Below, piece by piece: positions 13,618-26,394 of a stretch of 64,000 nt of DNA; the stretch's first letter is position 1; each line of letters starts with the position of its first letter. Origin of the DNA: Octopus vulgaris (taxonomy: Eukaryota); NCBI GenBank assembly GCA_951406725.2, contig OX597815.1:107570001-107634000 (forward strand), in the 5' to 3' direction. Under the pieces are notes generated by a model, which saw only the letters and a program-made list of their open reading frames with translations, made no database searches and was not told where the DNA came from. Both the position numbers and the translations under genes were made by a program.

Positions 13618-13659
13618 ACTCGACCGGTTTCACTTTTTTAGAAAAAGATTGTCAAAAGT
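13618..13659 (-). ncRNA. Candidate minimal hammerhead ribozyme with U3/A8 core
   Basis: ACTT-TTGACAA-TCTTTTTCTAAAAAAGT-GAAA-CCGG-TC-GAGT followed by GAATAAA. Confidence 0.55.
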
Positions 13660-14249
13660 AAAATGTAAAGCTTTGTATAAGGTTTGTTGTGTTAAGTACT
13701 GGTTGTCACAAAATATTACAATACATATATACATTCTTTGATAATAATAAGAAAATGTTAAAAACAGTTTACAAGGAAATATCTTGAGAAAATACTAAAC
13801 AAAAAGTATTAGGAATTCAATAAAAATATTAGGAGTTCAATAAAAATAGGAGTCCATTAAAAATCATGTTTGGTAGTATATATATACACAGAAGGAGATA
13901 TATTTAGGAGTTTACAAAGAATTTGAGATGCACTGACCTGGTTTAGCATTTTTTGAGAATGCACACACTCACACACATACACACACAAACTTACACACAT
14001 GCACATGTACACACACACATACACAGACTTACAAATGCATACTTATGTACATACACACACAACTAAATGTGTCATTAGAGAATAGTTTTGCAGATATTCT
14101 TTAAAGAAACATGAATATAAGTAATACATGTCACACATTCAGTTTTAAACATGCTTTGAGTTCTTTATTTGAATTGTAGCTCCCTAAACCTTTAAATGAG
14201 GCAAATGTTATATGCATGTGTGTGTGTGTGTGTGTTTATATATATGAGT

Positions 14250-14400
14250 GACTGAGTGGTAAATGGCTTGTTTACCAACCATATGGTTCTGGGTTCAGTC
14301 CCATTGCATGGCACTTTGGGCAAGTGTCTTCTACTATAGCCTCAGGCCAACCAAAGCCTTGTGAGTGGATTTGGTAAATGGAAACTAAAAGAAACCCATC
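14250..14400 (+). mobile_element. SINE family A, 5' half
   Basis: GGTTCAGTCCC B box and family A body up to the microsatellite. Confidence 0.8.
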
Positions 14401-14537
14401 ATATATATATGCATGTATGTATCTAAATATGTATATGTGCATAATATACGTATATATATGCATGATATATGTGTATATATATGTGTGCATAATATATGTA
14501 TATATATGCATGATATATGTGTATATATATGTGTGTT

Positions 14538-14591
<54 letters not shown>

Positions 14592-15476
14592 ACACATACA
14601 CACACACACATGTTTATGGTATTTTGCAAGATTTCTGATGTGAAATCATGTGCTGAAACAGGTATTGTTATATTTCAGGATGACCATTTTCTTCTTGCCT
14701 AATAAACACATGCACTATATATTCTTTCTTCACTTCAGATTTATTATTGTTTTTATTTTATATCCTTTGTCTGGAAATCTTTTGTCACACATGTGACCTC
14801 TTCAGTGACTCTCCATCCCACATATCTCCTCCCGTTTTGTTTAGTCCCTTCTGTCTTTCTATGGTGTGTATCCTTATCTGTGCATATGTTTGTATCTGTA
14901 TGTGTGTGTGTACGTGTGTATACACATATCTATGTGCTTTGTATGTGTTGTAGGTGTGTGTATATGGGTTTGCTTACTATACTGCTTGTATTCATGCCCT
15001 TTATTTAGTTCCTTTTTCATTTATTTATTTATTTTTCTCAATTTTTTAGCCTCCCCCCCCATTTCGTTTTAGGTTTATGTGTGCGTGTATTTTGTGAGTA
15101 TGTATATGGGTTTATGTATTATTATACTGTTTTTATTTGTCGTTTTTCTCCTCCTATTCTGTCTTTTGTTGTCATGTTGCATAGTTTGGTGGTTGGAGTG
15201 TTATTGTTCCATTTGTGTTTCCTGTTGATAATACCTCAACATTTATGTTATTAATTGAGTCTCTATGTTCTAATCAAACATGTTGGCAGAGCACTGATGA
15301 ACTTATCTCCTCTTTGAACTCCTTCCAGTGTTCCCCTATCCACTTCCCTATGTTATGTACTGTCTCCCCAATGTAAGTTGTTGTCCAGCTTATATTACTT
15401 CAGGAATGCCTCTATGTCTGTTGAGTAAATTACAAATGAAAAACAGAAAATAGAATTCATAAGATTCTTTATTAAT

Positions 15477-15521
15477 CACAACAATTGTTTTGACCCATCT
15501 TGCATCGGTCTCTTGTGGGTG
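15477..15521 (-). ncRNA. Degenerate hammerhead motif
   Basis: CAC-(C)CACAAGA-GACC..GGTC-AAAA-CAATTG-TT-GTG then ATTAATAAAG; stems intact, core mutated. Confidence 0.45.
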
Positions 15522-15769
15522 AGATTCTGGACAACTAGTTGTGGTGCATCCTTCAGTGCAGATGTGCCTCATTAGGTGACTTTTTCAAAAGATACCTCAC
15601 TCAATAAATTCAGTTTTACTTGCTTCAATTATAATGCATTTTGTTATTTGCCTGTAGCTGAATGCATACAGGGTTTCATAGTTTGGAGTGACATGGAATG
15701 AATACAGCTTGTTTTTTTATATAGGTTATGAACCTGAGGCAAATGAAATCGAGATTAAAATCAAATTCG

Positions 15770-16225
15770 ATGACTGGCATCTGTGCTAGTGGAGCGCTAA
15801 GAGCACCATCTGAGCATGATTGTTGCCAGAGCAGCTGACTGGTTTCCATGGCACGTAAAAAGCACCATTTGAGGGTGATCATTACCAGTATCGCCTTACT
15901 GGCACTTATGCCAGTGGCATGTGTAAAACATTCCAGTGAGGTCGTTGCCAGTGCTGCTGGACTGGCTCCTGTGCAGGTGGCATGTAAAAAACAGCATTTG
16001 AGCGTGGCCGTTGCCAGTACTGCCTGACTGGCCCTCTTGCCAGTGGCATGTAAAAGCACCCACTACACTCTCGGAATGGTTGGCATTAGGAAGTGCATCC
16101 AGCTGTAGAATCTCTGCCAGATCAGATTGGAGCTTGGTGCAGCCATCTGGTTAACCAGTCCTCAGTCAAATCATCCAACCCATGCTAGCATGGAAAGCGG
16201 ACATTAATTAATGATAATGATGATG
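15770..16225 (+). mobile_element. RTE family B 3' UTR with ~60-bp tandem units
   Basis: Repeated GGCATGTAAAAAGCACC units, CATCCAGCTGTAGAA motif, (GAT)n tail. Confidence 0.8.
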
Positions 16226-18041
16226 AAAAAAATATTTTGATAAGTATGTTATGAGCTGGTCCTATTCTTGCTTTGGTAAAGCTATGTCATTAAATAAAAT
16301 TGTAAAAAGATACAGCAATCTCAAGATTTTGAGGCAGAAGTTTACAGGCAGAGGCTTTTCTTATGAATCCAACTTAGTTTTTCAAGTAAGAGATTTTTTT
16401 CTATTCCACAGGTCTTCAAAAAGTATTAACTGGTCACTCATATTATTGACAAAGAATGTCAAAACAACATTTATGCTTATATAGGAAACATGTGAAATAC
16501 CCGATCCAGCCTCTCATCTCAATCCTACAATGTCACTCTAAAACTAAACAATCACATCAACAAAATCCCTAAACTACAAGATAATGCGTGATTAATTCAA
16601 AACAGTATAAATAAATGAACATTATATTTGAAAGAATAATCTGAATATTAAAGAGATAAACCACTCTGAATATAATCTTAGCAAGTTTAAAGTGATTTCT
16701 TTTGTGCCATAAACCATTTACCATTTCTGTAGTGCCCTGTTTTCCTCGATACACTAAGCATGTGCTTATATCGCTTAATGGCTAATCCAATGCTGCATAC
16801 ACCTAGATTGAACCTGACACCATATGGTTAGAAAGCGAACTTCTTAATGACACAGTCATGCCATCCCTTCACATGTATGTTAATGTGTGTGTGTGTGTGT
16901 GTGTGTGTGCATTGATAAACACACACAAAGTTCATAAGTGTATGTGTATGCTGAAACAAACATTTACAGAACTAGCTAAACTGGTTCTGAAAATGCTTTG
17001 TCCAAAAGATAATAAAAGATAGTTAATTGGTTTGACTGAAAAGAAGAGAACAGTGTGTGAGGTTTCTTGATGAATGCATAATATAATATAGTTTACTACA
17101 ACAATATGTGTACATATTTGTAAGTGTGTAATTATTTGTACGTGAAAGAGCATATTTATGTGTGAGTGTGTGATTTGTTTACTGATACAGATATAATACT
17201 GCAGTATTGATCAGTAAGCAACAATGTGATAGCTAGCTTCTTAAGTCTTTAATCTCTAAAGGCAATGCGACTAGAGCTTTATCGAAAGGGGAATCTTTTA
17301 ATCCTTAATCTTTGATGGAACTTTGTAAACATCAGCTTATATTTATGGATCAAGAGAGAAAGAAAAACAATAGAAGAAAGAGAAAGGATGAGAGGGAGAC
17401 AGAGAAAATCAGAAAGAGAGAGAGAAAGAGGGTTCTAGAAATATATACAAAAGCAACAATGAACTGGAGAGAAAAAAAGAGTGAGATAAAATATAAAATG
17501 AAAATAGCAAATAAATTTTAGTAGATATGTGCAATTGCATACATATTTATGTGGGTGTCATGTATAAATCTAAAGCAACCACAGACAACAACATAGAAAG
17601 AGTTGTGATTAATCCTACTGGGAATTTTTGATAGAAATATGTAAAATATGCACAATATTTTTGTGAGAATTTGATAGATAAAAAATTGTAATTGTTTCCC
17701 ACAAATCTGATGAAACTTAATCATTCACTTGGTTTGACACTACCTTCGGGCCCCTTGATTGCCTTTTGTAAAATTCATTCAGTCGCATGCATGCAGACCA
17801 GGTTTCCAATCTTAAGAAAACTAGATATGGTGTCCTACTTTCCTCCTTCAGCAACCTGTCAGTTATTATTTCATCTTCCTTACTTTTCTCCATCAGTGTC
17901 TGAGGCTCAGAAAACTTGGTGTAGATGTTCCTGCCCTGACTAAGAAATATAATACTTTGAGTTTCAAGGTGTAAAGGGAAAGAGAACTAAATGCTTGCTA
18001 GATCTTATCTTCTATCTTTTATCCTGTTTCAGTGCTATGGT

Positions 18042-20227
18042 ACCACAGAATTGTATCAGCTACCGTTAAGCTTAGTCTTCGCTCATCCAAAAAAGCTAAG
18101 CCTCACCCGATGAAAATGATTGACTGGGAGGAAGTCTTATCTAACCCCGATATGTCCAAACAATTTACTATTGAGGTCTATAACACATTTCAATCTCTGT
18201 CTACTTCTGAAATAGATGCTGAGAACATTGAAGAAGTATACAGCAGCCTCATCAAATCAACAGAGGAAGTTGCACTGGCTACTCTTTCCAAAAAGAAGAG
18301 TAGGGGCCAGAGCAAACCTTCTAATTCCCCGAAGCCAGAAACCATCTAAAGTCTATATCACTAGCTTACCACCGTTCTCCATCCCAGTCACTGAAGATCC
18401 AACTCATAGCTGCCAAGAAGAATCTTGATGAGGCTTACTTGAACGCCGAGGTCGACTTTATCAATGGCAAAATTAGTAAACTATCCAAAGAGCACATTAG
18501 TAAAAAACACCATCTTGCCTGGAAATCCATCAAAGACTTATCAGGCAAAAATTCTGGGTCATCAATTAGAATTAAAGGGGGATCAGCTAAGAAGCATTTA
18601 GAAAATTGGTCAATCCATTTTAAAAACCTCCTTGGGAAGAATGCCAAAATCCCTGATAACCCCACTCTTCCAAGTGTGCCTATATCAGACACGCTGGACA
18701 TCAACACCTCCCCTTTTACCATATTTGAACTAACAGCAGCCACCAAGCAACTAAAAGCCTCAAAAGCATTTGGTCCCGACAACATCCCAGCTGTAATTTG
18801 GAAGGATGATAGATTTCACACACTTTTGCTCAACCTCTGCAACCACACACTTTCCACCTTTGTCGCTCCAAAGATTTGGCACCAATCTCAAATCATTCCA
18901 ATACCCAAAAAGGCGATTTATCCCTCGTCACCAACTACAGGGGTATATCTCTAATGTCAATTGCTGCAAAACTGTACAACAAACTGATCCTAAATCGTCT
19001 TGTCCTTTTTGTTGAACCTTTGTTCCGAAAGAACCAAAATGGATTCAGACATGGGCGCTCAACGCTGAGCCAGATACTATGCCTACGTGGACTTATTGAA
19101 GAATCAAAAGCATTTAATCGCGATCTTGCAATGGTATTTGTAGACTTTTCTAAAGCGTTCGATTCTGTAGATAGGTACAAGATGTTTGAAATCCTTAAGC
19201 TCTATGGGATACCAGACAAAATCATTCCTGCCATCAAGGTCCTCTACACAGATACGTCTTCAACCATCTTAACCCCTGACGGAGAAACATCATCTTTCTC
19301 AATCAAAGCCGGAATACTGCAGGGAGACACACTCGCCCCATTTCTTTTCATCATTGTTGTTGATTATGTGCTACGTATGTCAGTTGATACCATCTCTGGC
19401 AAGGGCTTTGAAATAAAACCAAGAAGAAGTTCCAGACACCCAGCTGAGTACTTGACAGACACTGACTTTGCTGACGACATCGCTCTTATCAGTGATTCTC
19501 TCTCCAATGCCCAGTCTCTTTTACAATTCTCTTGAACAAGCCTCAAATTGTGTAGGTCTTTACCTCAATGAGGCCAAAACTGAATACATAAACAAGTGCC
19601 TGTCCAACAGTGATTGCATCATCCATACTCTCAACAATGCGCCCTTAAATATGGTTTCTGATTATAAATATCTTGGGTCATACATATCATCATCTGGAAA
19701 AGACTTTCTAACTAGAAAGGGTATGGCCTGGTCAGCCTGTAATGACATGCATAAGATCTGGTCATCAAATCTAAGTAGAGACTTCAAACTTGAAATATTC
19801 AAAGCCACAGTCGAACCAATTCTACTATATGGCTCAGAAACCTGGACGTTATCAAAGAAGCTTGAGAGGCGGTTGGATGGAACCTACACTCGCCTCCTTA
19901 TGAGAGCTCAAAATCTCTCGTGGAAGCACCATCCAACCAAAATGCAAATATATGGGAAACTACCACCTGTGTCATCTCTTGTGAAAGGTAGGAGAGTCCA
20001 GTTTGCTGGACATTGTTGTAGAGCTGAAAAAGAAGTAATTTCTACTCTTCTCCTCTGGAAGCCATCTATTCACAATACCAGAGGGCGCACACTCTCCTAC
20101 CCTGATGTAATCTCCAGGGATACAGGCATCCAGCAACAGGACCTCCGTAATGCCATGATGGACCGTGAAGTCTGGCGTAGCATGATAAATTCCATTGTCT
20201 CGACCACGGTCGAACAATGATGATGAC
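18042..20227 (+). mobile_element. RTE-clade LINE, 5'-truncated, frameshifted ORF2, inserted into a SINE
   Basis: HRIV endonuclease end, NYRGISLMS, FVDFSKAFDSV, GILQGDTLAPFLF, FADD, YKYLGS, LLYGSETW; (TGA)n tail directly after the stop codon. Confidence 0.95.
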
Positions 20228-20479
20228 CACCTTGGAGGATTTAGTTGAACAAATCAACTCCTGTACATATATTTATTGTTCTGTTGTTCTCTTTTGCCAA
20301 ACTGCTAAGTTACAGAGCATAAGCAAACTGACGCCAGTTGGCAAGCAATAAAGAGGGATTAACACAATGTCATAGACAAAAACATATAGATAGAAATACA
20401 TGAACAAATACACACATACACACATGCATGCATGTAAGCACACACACATACACACACAAACACATGCATGCATTCACAA

Positions 20480-20516
<37 letters not shown>

Positions 20517-20672
20517 CACACACACATACACAACAGGTTTCTTTCATTTTCTATTCACCAAATCAACTCACATGGCTTTTGTCAGCCTAGAGCTATAGTA
20601 GGAGACACTTGCCCAAGATGCGATGCAATGGTTGGAAAGCAAGCTTCTTACCACACAGACATGCCTGTGCCT
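20228..20672 (-). mobile_element. SINE family A; its 3' tip lies at about 18005-18040, on the other side of the RTE
   Basis: Family A body on the minus strand. Confidence 0.75.
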
Positions 20673-22034
20673 ATATATATATATATATATATAGTATTCT
20701 CAGTTATCTGCTATTTTTCCTGTGCTTAGATTTAGTGTAGTGCAGAATTACTCAAGGAAATGCCTTCAGTAGATTTAAACTCAAACCCTGTGCATCACTA
20801 GTCAAATACTATATCCGTTTGACAGTGTGTTTTTAAAACAATTTCATGTATTAAACTTACAAAATGGCCTCTGAGTTACAGTGGTTTTACTTTCCTTGTT
20901 TCAAGTCTAGTTCATCTGATAGCAGTAAATTATTTTTATACTGCATAATAATTTGTAAATAATGAGATCCAAATGATGTTTGTTTTATATACTTCATCAC
21001 ATCCATTCATTTACTTGACATTTTTAGAAACTTGATTTTTTTTGTTTTTATATTTCATACCCATTCTGGTAGATTCTATCAGCAGTATAGTAGCAAAGAA
21101 TAACTGATTGAAATCAAGATAATAGACTTAGTGTAATTATATAAAGCTATTCTTCTGAAAATTGCTAGTACTCATTGACAGAAACATTGTTAGACAGATT
21201 GCTTTATGTAATAGTAATGGCCAGTACATTAAATAAAATCTTAACTTGTATATTTTAACTACAGAATAGTTAACTTATTCAAGTCAATATTTGTTTTAGT
21301 ATAATAGCCTAACTTCTACACTTTGTGAAAAACTGTACTCACATGTAAATCACCATATTCTTCAAATGTTTCAAAACTCTCAAAGTATATGAAGATATAC
21401 TCTCTTTATAATGGCTGCAAGATTATTCTGTCATGTTGTTATTGCTGTTTATCCCTGGTCAGCCTTCAGATCAAGGCCTTGATTGAGTAAACCTATGATA
21501 AAAGGATGCAGGCAGTGACCTGGTGGTCAAGCAGCTGGAGTTAACAGTTGCAAGTTTGTGTGTGATTCTTGCACCAAGGGACATATGGTGTTCTTGGACA
21601 AAAGTACTATTTCCTGTTGCTCCATTTCACTCTACTGAAAGTAAGTTATTTTGACTGCAGAGTGATGCCTTGTGGATTATTAAGTGACAAGCATGCAAAT
21701 GGAAGATGTCAATGGTACTGAATGAATGACTACATCTTGCCTTTCATGTATACCTAGGGCCATATAATCCAATAACACTATTCTTTTAAGATGATTGGAT
21801 GTAATTTGAGGAAGGTGTTTTTTAGAGGGTCAAACAACAATGTAGAGATTCTCTCTTAACAAACTGTGATGCAGCATTTATTTATATCACTTTATGTTCA
21901 GTGTTAGCTTTTACATTTCAGTCCCCTCAAGTCAATAAAATGTTTATAGTTCTATATTTAAGAGATGAGGAATTATGTACATTATTTACATTATTTACAT
22001 TCGAAGATATTTATCCTCATCTTGTTTATTGTTA

Positions 22035-22078
22035 ACACAACGTTTTGGTTGATATACCCTCCAGCCTTCTTCAGGTGT
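22035..22078 (-). ncRNA. Minimal hammerhead motif, G12 mutated
   Basis: ACAC-CTGAAGA-AGGCTG.GAGGGTATAT.CAACC-AAAA-CG-TT-GTGT. Confidence 0.65.
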
Positions 22079-22415
22079 CTTGGGGAAATTTCGAACCTGG
22101 GTTCTCACACCCTAAGGTATTTTACGATGATATATATTATCTGGTCAGTTTTTATATGCATATGTATATATAGTTAATCAAATATATTCAATGAGAATAC
22201 AGTATACTGAATTTCAAATAAGTGCTTTTGGTAGGGAAATGTCTAAAACCTTAAAGGTTTTTAGATATTTAATAAGAGCGATTATATATTATAAAGAAGG
22301 GGCAGGAAAAATTACATCAAAAAATCATCACAGAAGGTATACGTCCAAAATAATATTGTATTAATAGATAAATATATAAATATATAAAATATGATTATTT
22401 AAAAAGTTTGAAATA

Positions 22416-22504
22416 TCTTATGATTGTTTCATGAATGTATTACCCTTTGAAATGAAATCTAAAATTGATAATCATTAATAGGTATTGCATTCACTCATCA
22501 GAGT
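22416..22504 (-). ncRNA. Hammerhead motif with extended stem II and decayed stem III
   Basis: CT-CTGATGA-GTGAATGCAATACC...GGTAATACATTCAT-GAAA-CAATCA-TA-AG; CAATCA is consistent with CpG decay of the palindrome CGATCG. Confidence 0.65.
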
Positions 22505-22509
22505 GCATA

Positions 22510-22553
<44 letters not shown>

Positions 22554-22635
22554 GAGACAAAACCACTATTTTGCAAAACAAACAAGGAAAGACTTAATCA
22601 ATACATAAGATTTTAATAAAAAGTCAAAAAAACCG

Positions 22636-22678
22636 CCACTACAATTGTTTCTTGTCCTGATCGACAATCTTCAGGTGG
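22636..22678 (-). ncRNA. Minimal type-I hammerhead ribozyme, intact core
   Basis: CCAC-CTGAAGA-TTGTC.GATCAG.GACAA-GAAA-CAATTG-TA-GTGG on the minus strand. Confidence 0.88.
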
Positions 22679-22764
22679 ACTTCCAATTTTCAAGTCAGTT
22701 TCAAATTATGAAATTATCCTCATAATTAACTTCATAATTTGAAACTGACTTGAAAATTGGAAGT

Positions 22765-22807
22765 CCACCTGAAGATTGTCGATCAGGACAAGAAACAATT
22801 GTAGTGG
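22765..22807 (+). ncRNA. Minimal type-I hammerhead ribozyme, intact core
   Basis: CCAC-CTGAAGA-TTGTC.GATCAG.GACAA-GAAA-CAATTG-TA-GTGG; predicted cleavage after GUA (22803). Confidence 0.9.
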
Positions 22808-23008
22808 CGTTTTTTTTGACTTTTTATTAAAATCTTATGTATTGATTAAGTCTTTCCTTGTTTGTTTTGCAAAATAGTGGTTTTGTCTCTAATTAATATT
22901 ATATAATATTTTACTATAAAATTGGATTTAATCCTAAATCTGATTTTTTTCCCTGTAAATTTGGATTTATTCCCTAATATTTATTATATATATATATATA
23001 TATATATA

Positions 23009-23790
23009 TACTTGTATATGATGTTTTGTGAATTTATGGAAAGAAATCCCATAAAACTCAACAATTTTGTTAAAAATGGAGAAGAGATGTTAAACTATAT
23101 AAGAGAATTTTAATTCAGGCTGACGATTGTTTTGTACAGAGATATAAAAATTATACAAATTCATGGTTGAATTGAATTAATTAAAAATTAATTAAAAATA
23201 AAATTAATTAAATTAATTACATCTCACTGTATTCTTCAGTGCAAGAAGCATAAACAAAATTTTTTCAAAGGACTTGAGAAAGGAAATAGCAGAATAGAAT
23301 CTAGGAGATTCATATTTATTCTTATGAGAAGAAAAGTTATGTGAATCTAGTTAGGTATTAGCTATAACTAAAGGCTAAAGTTATCTGAAAATATAAGTAA
23401 AAGCGGTTTCAGAGACATTCCTTCTGATCTCCTTACTCATCTATAGAGGGGACTTCTTGCACTGAAGAGTACAGTGATATATAATTAATTTTATTAATTT
23501 TATTAATTCAATTCAACTATGAATGTGCATAATTTTTATATCTCTGTACAAAACAATCGTCTGCCTGAATTAAGATTCTCATATATTTTAACATCTTCTC
23601 TTCTCCATTTTTAAAAAAATTGTTGAATTTTATGGGATTTCTTTCCATAAATTCGCAACACACCATATACAAGTATTATTTTCATATTTGCAAATTTATG
23701 CCTGTAAACTACCAGCAAAATATGAAGAATCAATATTAGAAATCTTTTTTGGAAACCTCCAAATTAAAGGACGAATTTAATTCAACCATT
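23009..23790. mobile_element. Fold-back element with ~230-bp diverged inverted arms and a one-sided tail
   Basis: 23009-23248 is an imperfect reverse complement of 23453-23675; flanked by TA/CA repeats. Confidence 0.8.
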
Positions 23791-23914
23791 TTATACACAC
23801 GCACACAAACACACACACATATGTGTGTGTGTGTGTATATATATATGTATATATATATATATGTATGTATATATATATATATGTATAAATATATATATAT
23901 GTATGTATATATAT

Positions 23915-24600
23915 ATGGATGTGGAGAGATGTGTGAAAAAGTGTCACTCCCAAACAGTTGAAGTTATCTGGGGGAGAGGTAGACCCAGGAAGACATGGGA
24001 CGTGGTGGTCAAGCACGACCTTCAAACGTTGGGCCTCACAGAGGCAATAACGAAAGACCAAAATCTCTGGAAATATGCTGTGACTGCAAAGACCCGACAA
24101 ATAATGTAAGTTCATGGCTGTTTCCTGCACCAGATTCGTATTGCCCCAGCCCATCCAAAGTACCTTGGATTGCAGAACGACCTGCTGTGCTTGCCTTGGG
24201 TCACCTGTGCTTGAGGAGACCTATTGAGTCAAGTACATTGACATCAAAATAAATATCAAATGGAAATTGTAGTTGTGATACCTGTACCAGTGGCACATAA
24301 AAAGCACCATCCGAACGTGGCCGATGCCAGTGCCGCCTTGACTGGCTTCTGTGCTGGTGGCATGTTAAAAGCACCAACCAATCGTGGCCACTGCTACCCT
24401 CCTCTGGCACCTGTGCCGGTGACATGTAAAAAGCACCCACTACACTCACGGAGTGGTTGGTGTTAGGAAGGGCATCCAGCTGTAGAAACGCTGCTAGATC
24501 AGACTGGAGCCTGGTGTAGCCTCCTAGCTTCCCAGACCCCAGTCGAACTGTCCAACCTGTTCTAGCACAAAAAATGGATGTTAAACGATGATGATGATGA
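23915..24600 (+). mobile_element. RTE family B 3' fragment (ORF end and 3' UTR)
   Basis: GRGRPRKTWDVVVKHDL, tandem units, (GAT)n tail; colinear with 38220-38868. Confidence 0.9.
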
Positions 24601-25306
24601 TATATATACATATACGTATTATCCTAAATGTACAGTATTATACTGGGTAGCCCAGAATAGGTTTACAGTTATTCAACTATCTCTTTCACATTCATATATT
24701 AACATTTAGATTTTAATTATAAAAATTTATGAAACCATTATTCGATGTTAATTTAATTAATTGTGTCAAGCTTCCTTTTCAGTTTCTTAGATAGAAATTT
24801 AAATGTAATAAAATGTTTTAAAAGAAATTTAAAGTGCCTATGTGATAACTATAAACCTACTTTTGGGCGACTGTTTATCCATCACAGCTGATCTTACCAA
24901 TCAGTTTTGTGCTAGGTATACAATGGAGTGTTATGTAACAATCCAATCCAATGTAACAATCCTTACACTCATCAGAGATGGCCAACAAGGAAGGGAATAT
25001 GGTGACTGCTCTCTATTGTCAGAGGTGATTTGACACATCAGGTTTGTGGTTGCTGTGAAAAAGATGGTGAAACAAAAGGGCAGGGGATTACATTAGGTGT
25101 TATGTTCATAGGTTGGATTTGCTGTAAAGCTGGTAAGAGTTGCACCTCCACCCATGCCAGCATCGAAAACGGATGTAAAAGGATGATGATGATATATATA
25201 TATATATATATATATAGATGTATGTTCGTATGTATGTAAATATGTATGTATATATATCTATATATCTATATCTATCTATCTATCTATCTATCTACCTACC
25301 TACCTA

Positions 25307-25360
<54 letters not shown>

Positions 25361-25559
25361 GCGCACTTTGTTTTGAAGCTCCAAGCAAACAATCACGTGA
25401 TGCACAAGTACTTGGCTCTGAATGCAGCGCCTCATTTTGCAGAAACAGCTATAAGCTAATGAAGTTCATTGCATAATTTCTTGTTCCTTTGTTATATTTA
25501 TTTAATGTCATCATACATACACACATACATACATATATATTCATACATATATACATGTG

Positions 25560-25592
<33 letters not shown>

Positions 25593-25701
25593 GAGCATAT
25601 ATACATTAGAAATATATTCATATGCACACACACAACATATATACATTTACATACATACATACATATATATGCACATATATATATATACACACACACACAC
25701 A

Positions 25702-25735
<34 letters not shown>

Positions 25736-25930
25736 TATAGGAATGAGTGGACAAGTGAAAGTAAAGGGTACTCAACACATTTTGCAGGAGTTACATGTAT
25801 TATTCAAACCAATTTGATTTGTTTTACATGGAACCAAATCAAACTGTTTTGTATAACACACACACACACACTCATATTTATATTTATACGTATACAGAGA
25901 GAGAAAGACACATGCACACACATACATATA

Positions 25931-25973
<43 letters not shown>

Positions 25974-26394
25974 CTCCACATACAAATACACGTGCATATT
26001 TACCTAAATATATATATACCTATATATATATATTTTATTAAAGTGACTGCATATAAATACAGGCTGATTCCTTTTCTATTGCTATTGCAGAATTGCAGAA
26101 TATTTGCAGTCACAGCAAGTGCGCAGTTTGCTATAATTCTGGTGAAAGTGTTGCAGCAGTAATACTAAAGTTACTCAATTGACACTTCTGCAAGTAAATA
26201 TTTCACATTGATCTAATGTTCTTAGTTGTACTATTTTCAAAACCAAGTGCATATAGACATGTCTGCATGTAGCTTTATTAATACAATAGCAATCTTATAA
26301 AAAGATAGCTGAGAATAACTTATTTAATTGTCTTACTGAATATGCACATATATCTGTTCTGCTTGCCAACCTATCTATTTATGCACACACTTGC

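Larger units (their letters stand above)
22548..22985 (+). mobile_element. Non-autonomous fold-back PLE derivative: ~165-bp inverted arms plus ~90-bp tail, between (TA)n tracts
   Basis: 22548-22712 is the reverse complement of 22731-22895 with one visible substitution. Confidence 0.9.

Noticed and set aside
14634-14668. CTGATGT...GAAACAGGTA hammerhead-like string
   Set aside because: A9 is missing and stems I and II do not pair
23400-23445. GATGAG...GAAACCG on the minus strand in the loop of the fold-back
   Set aside because: Core incomplete, with no NUH site or stem I; at most a relic
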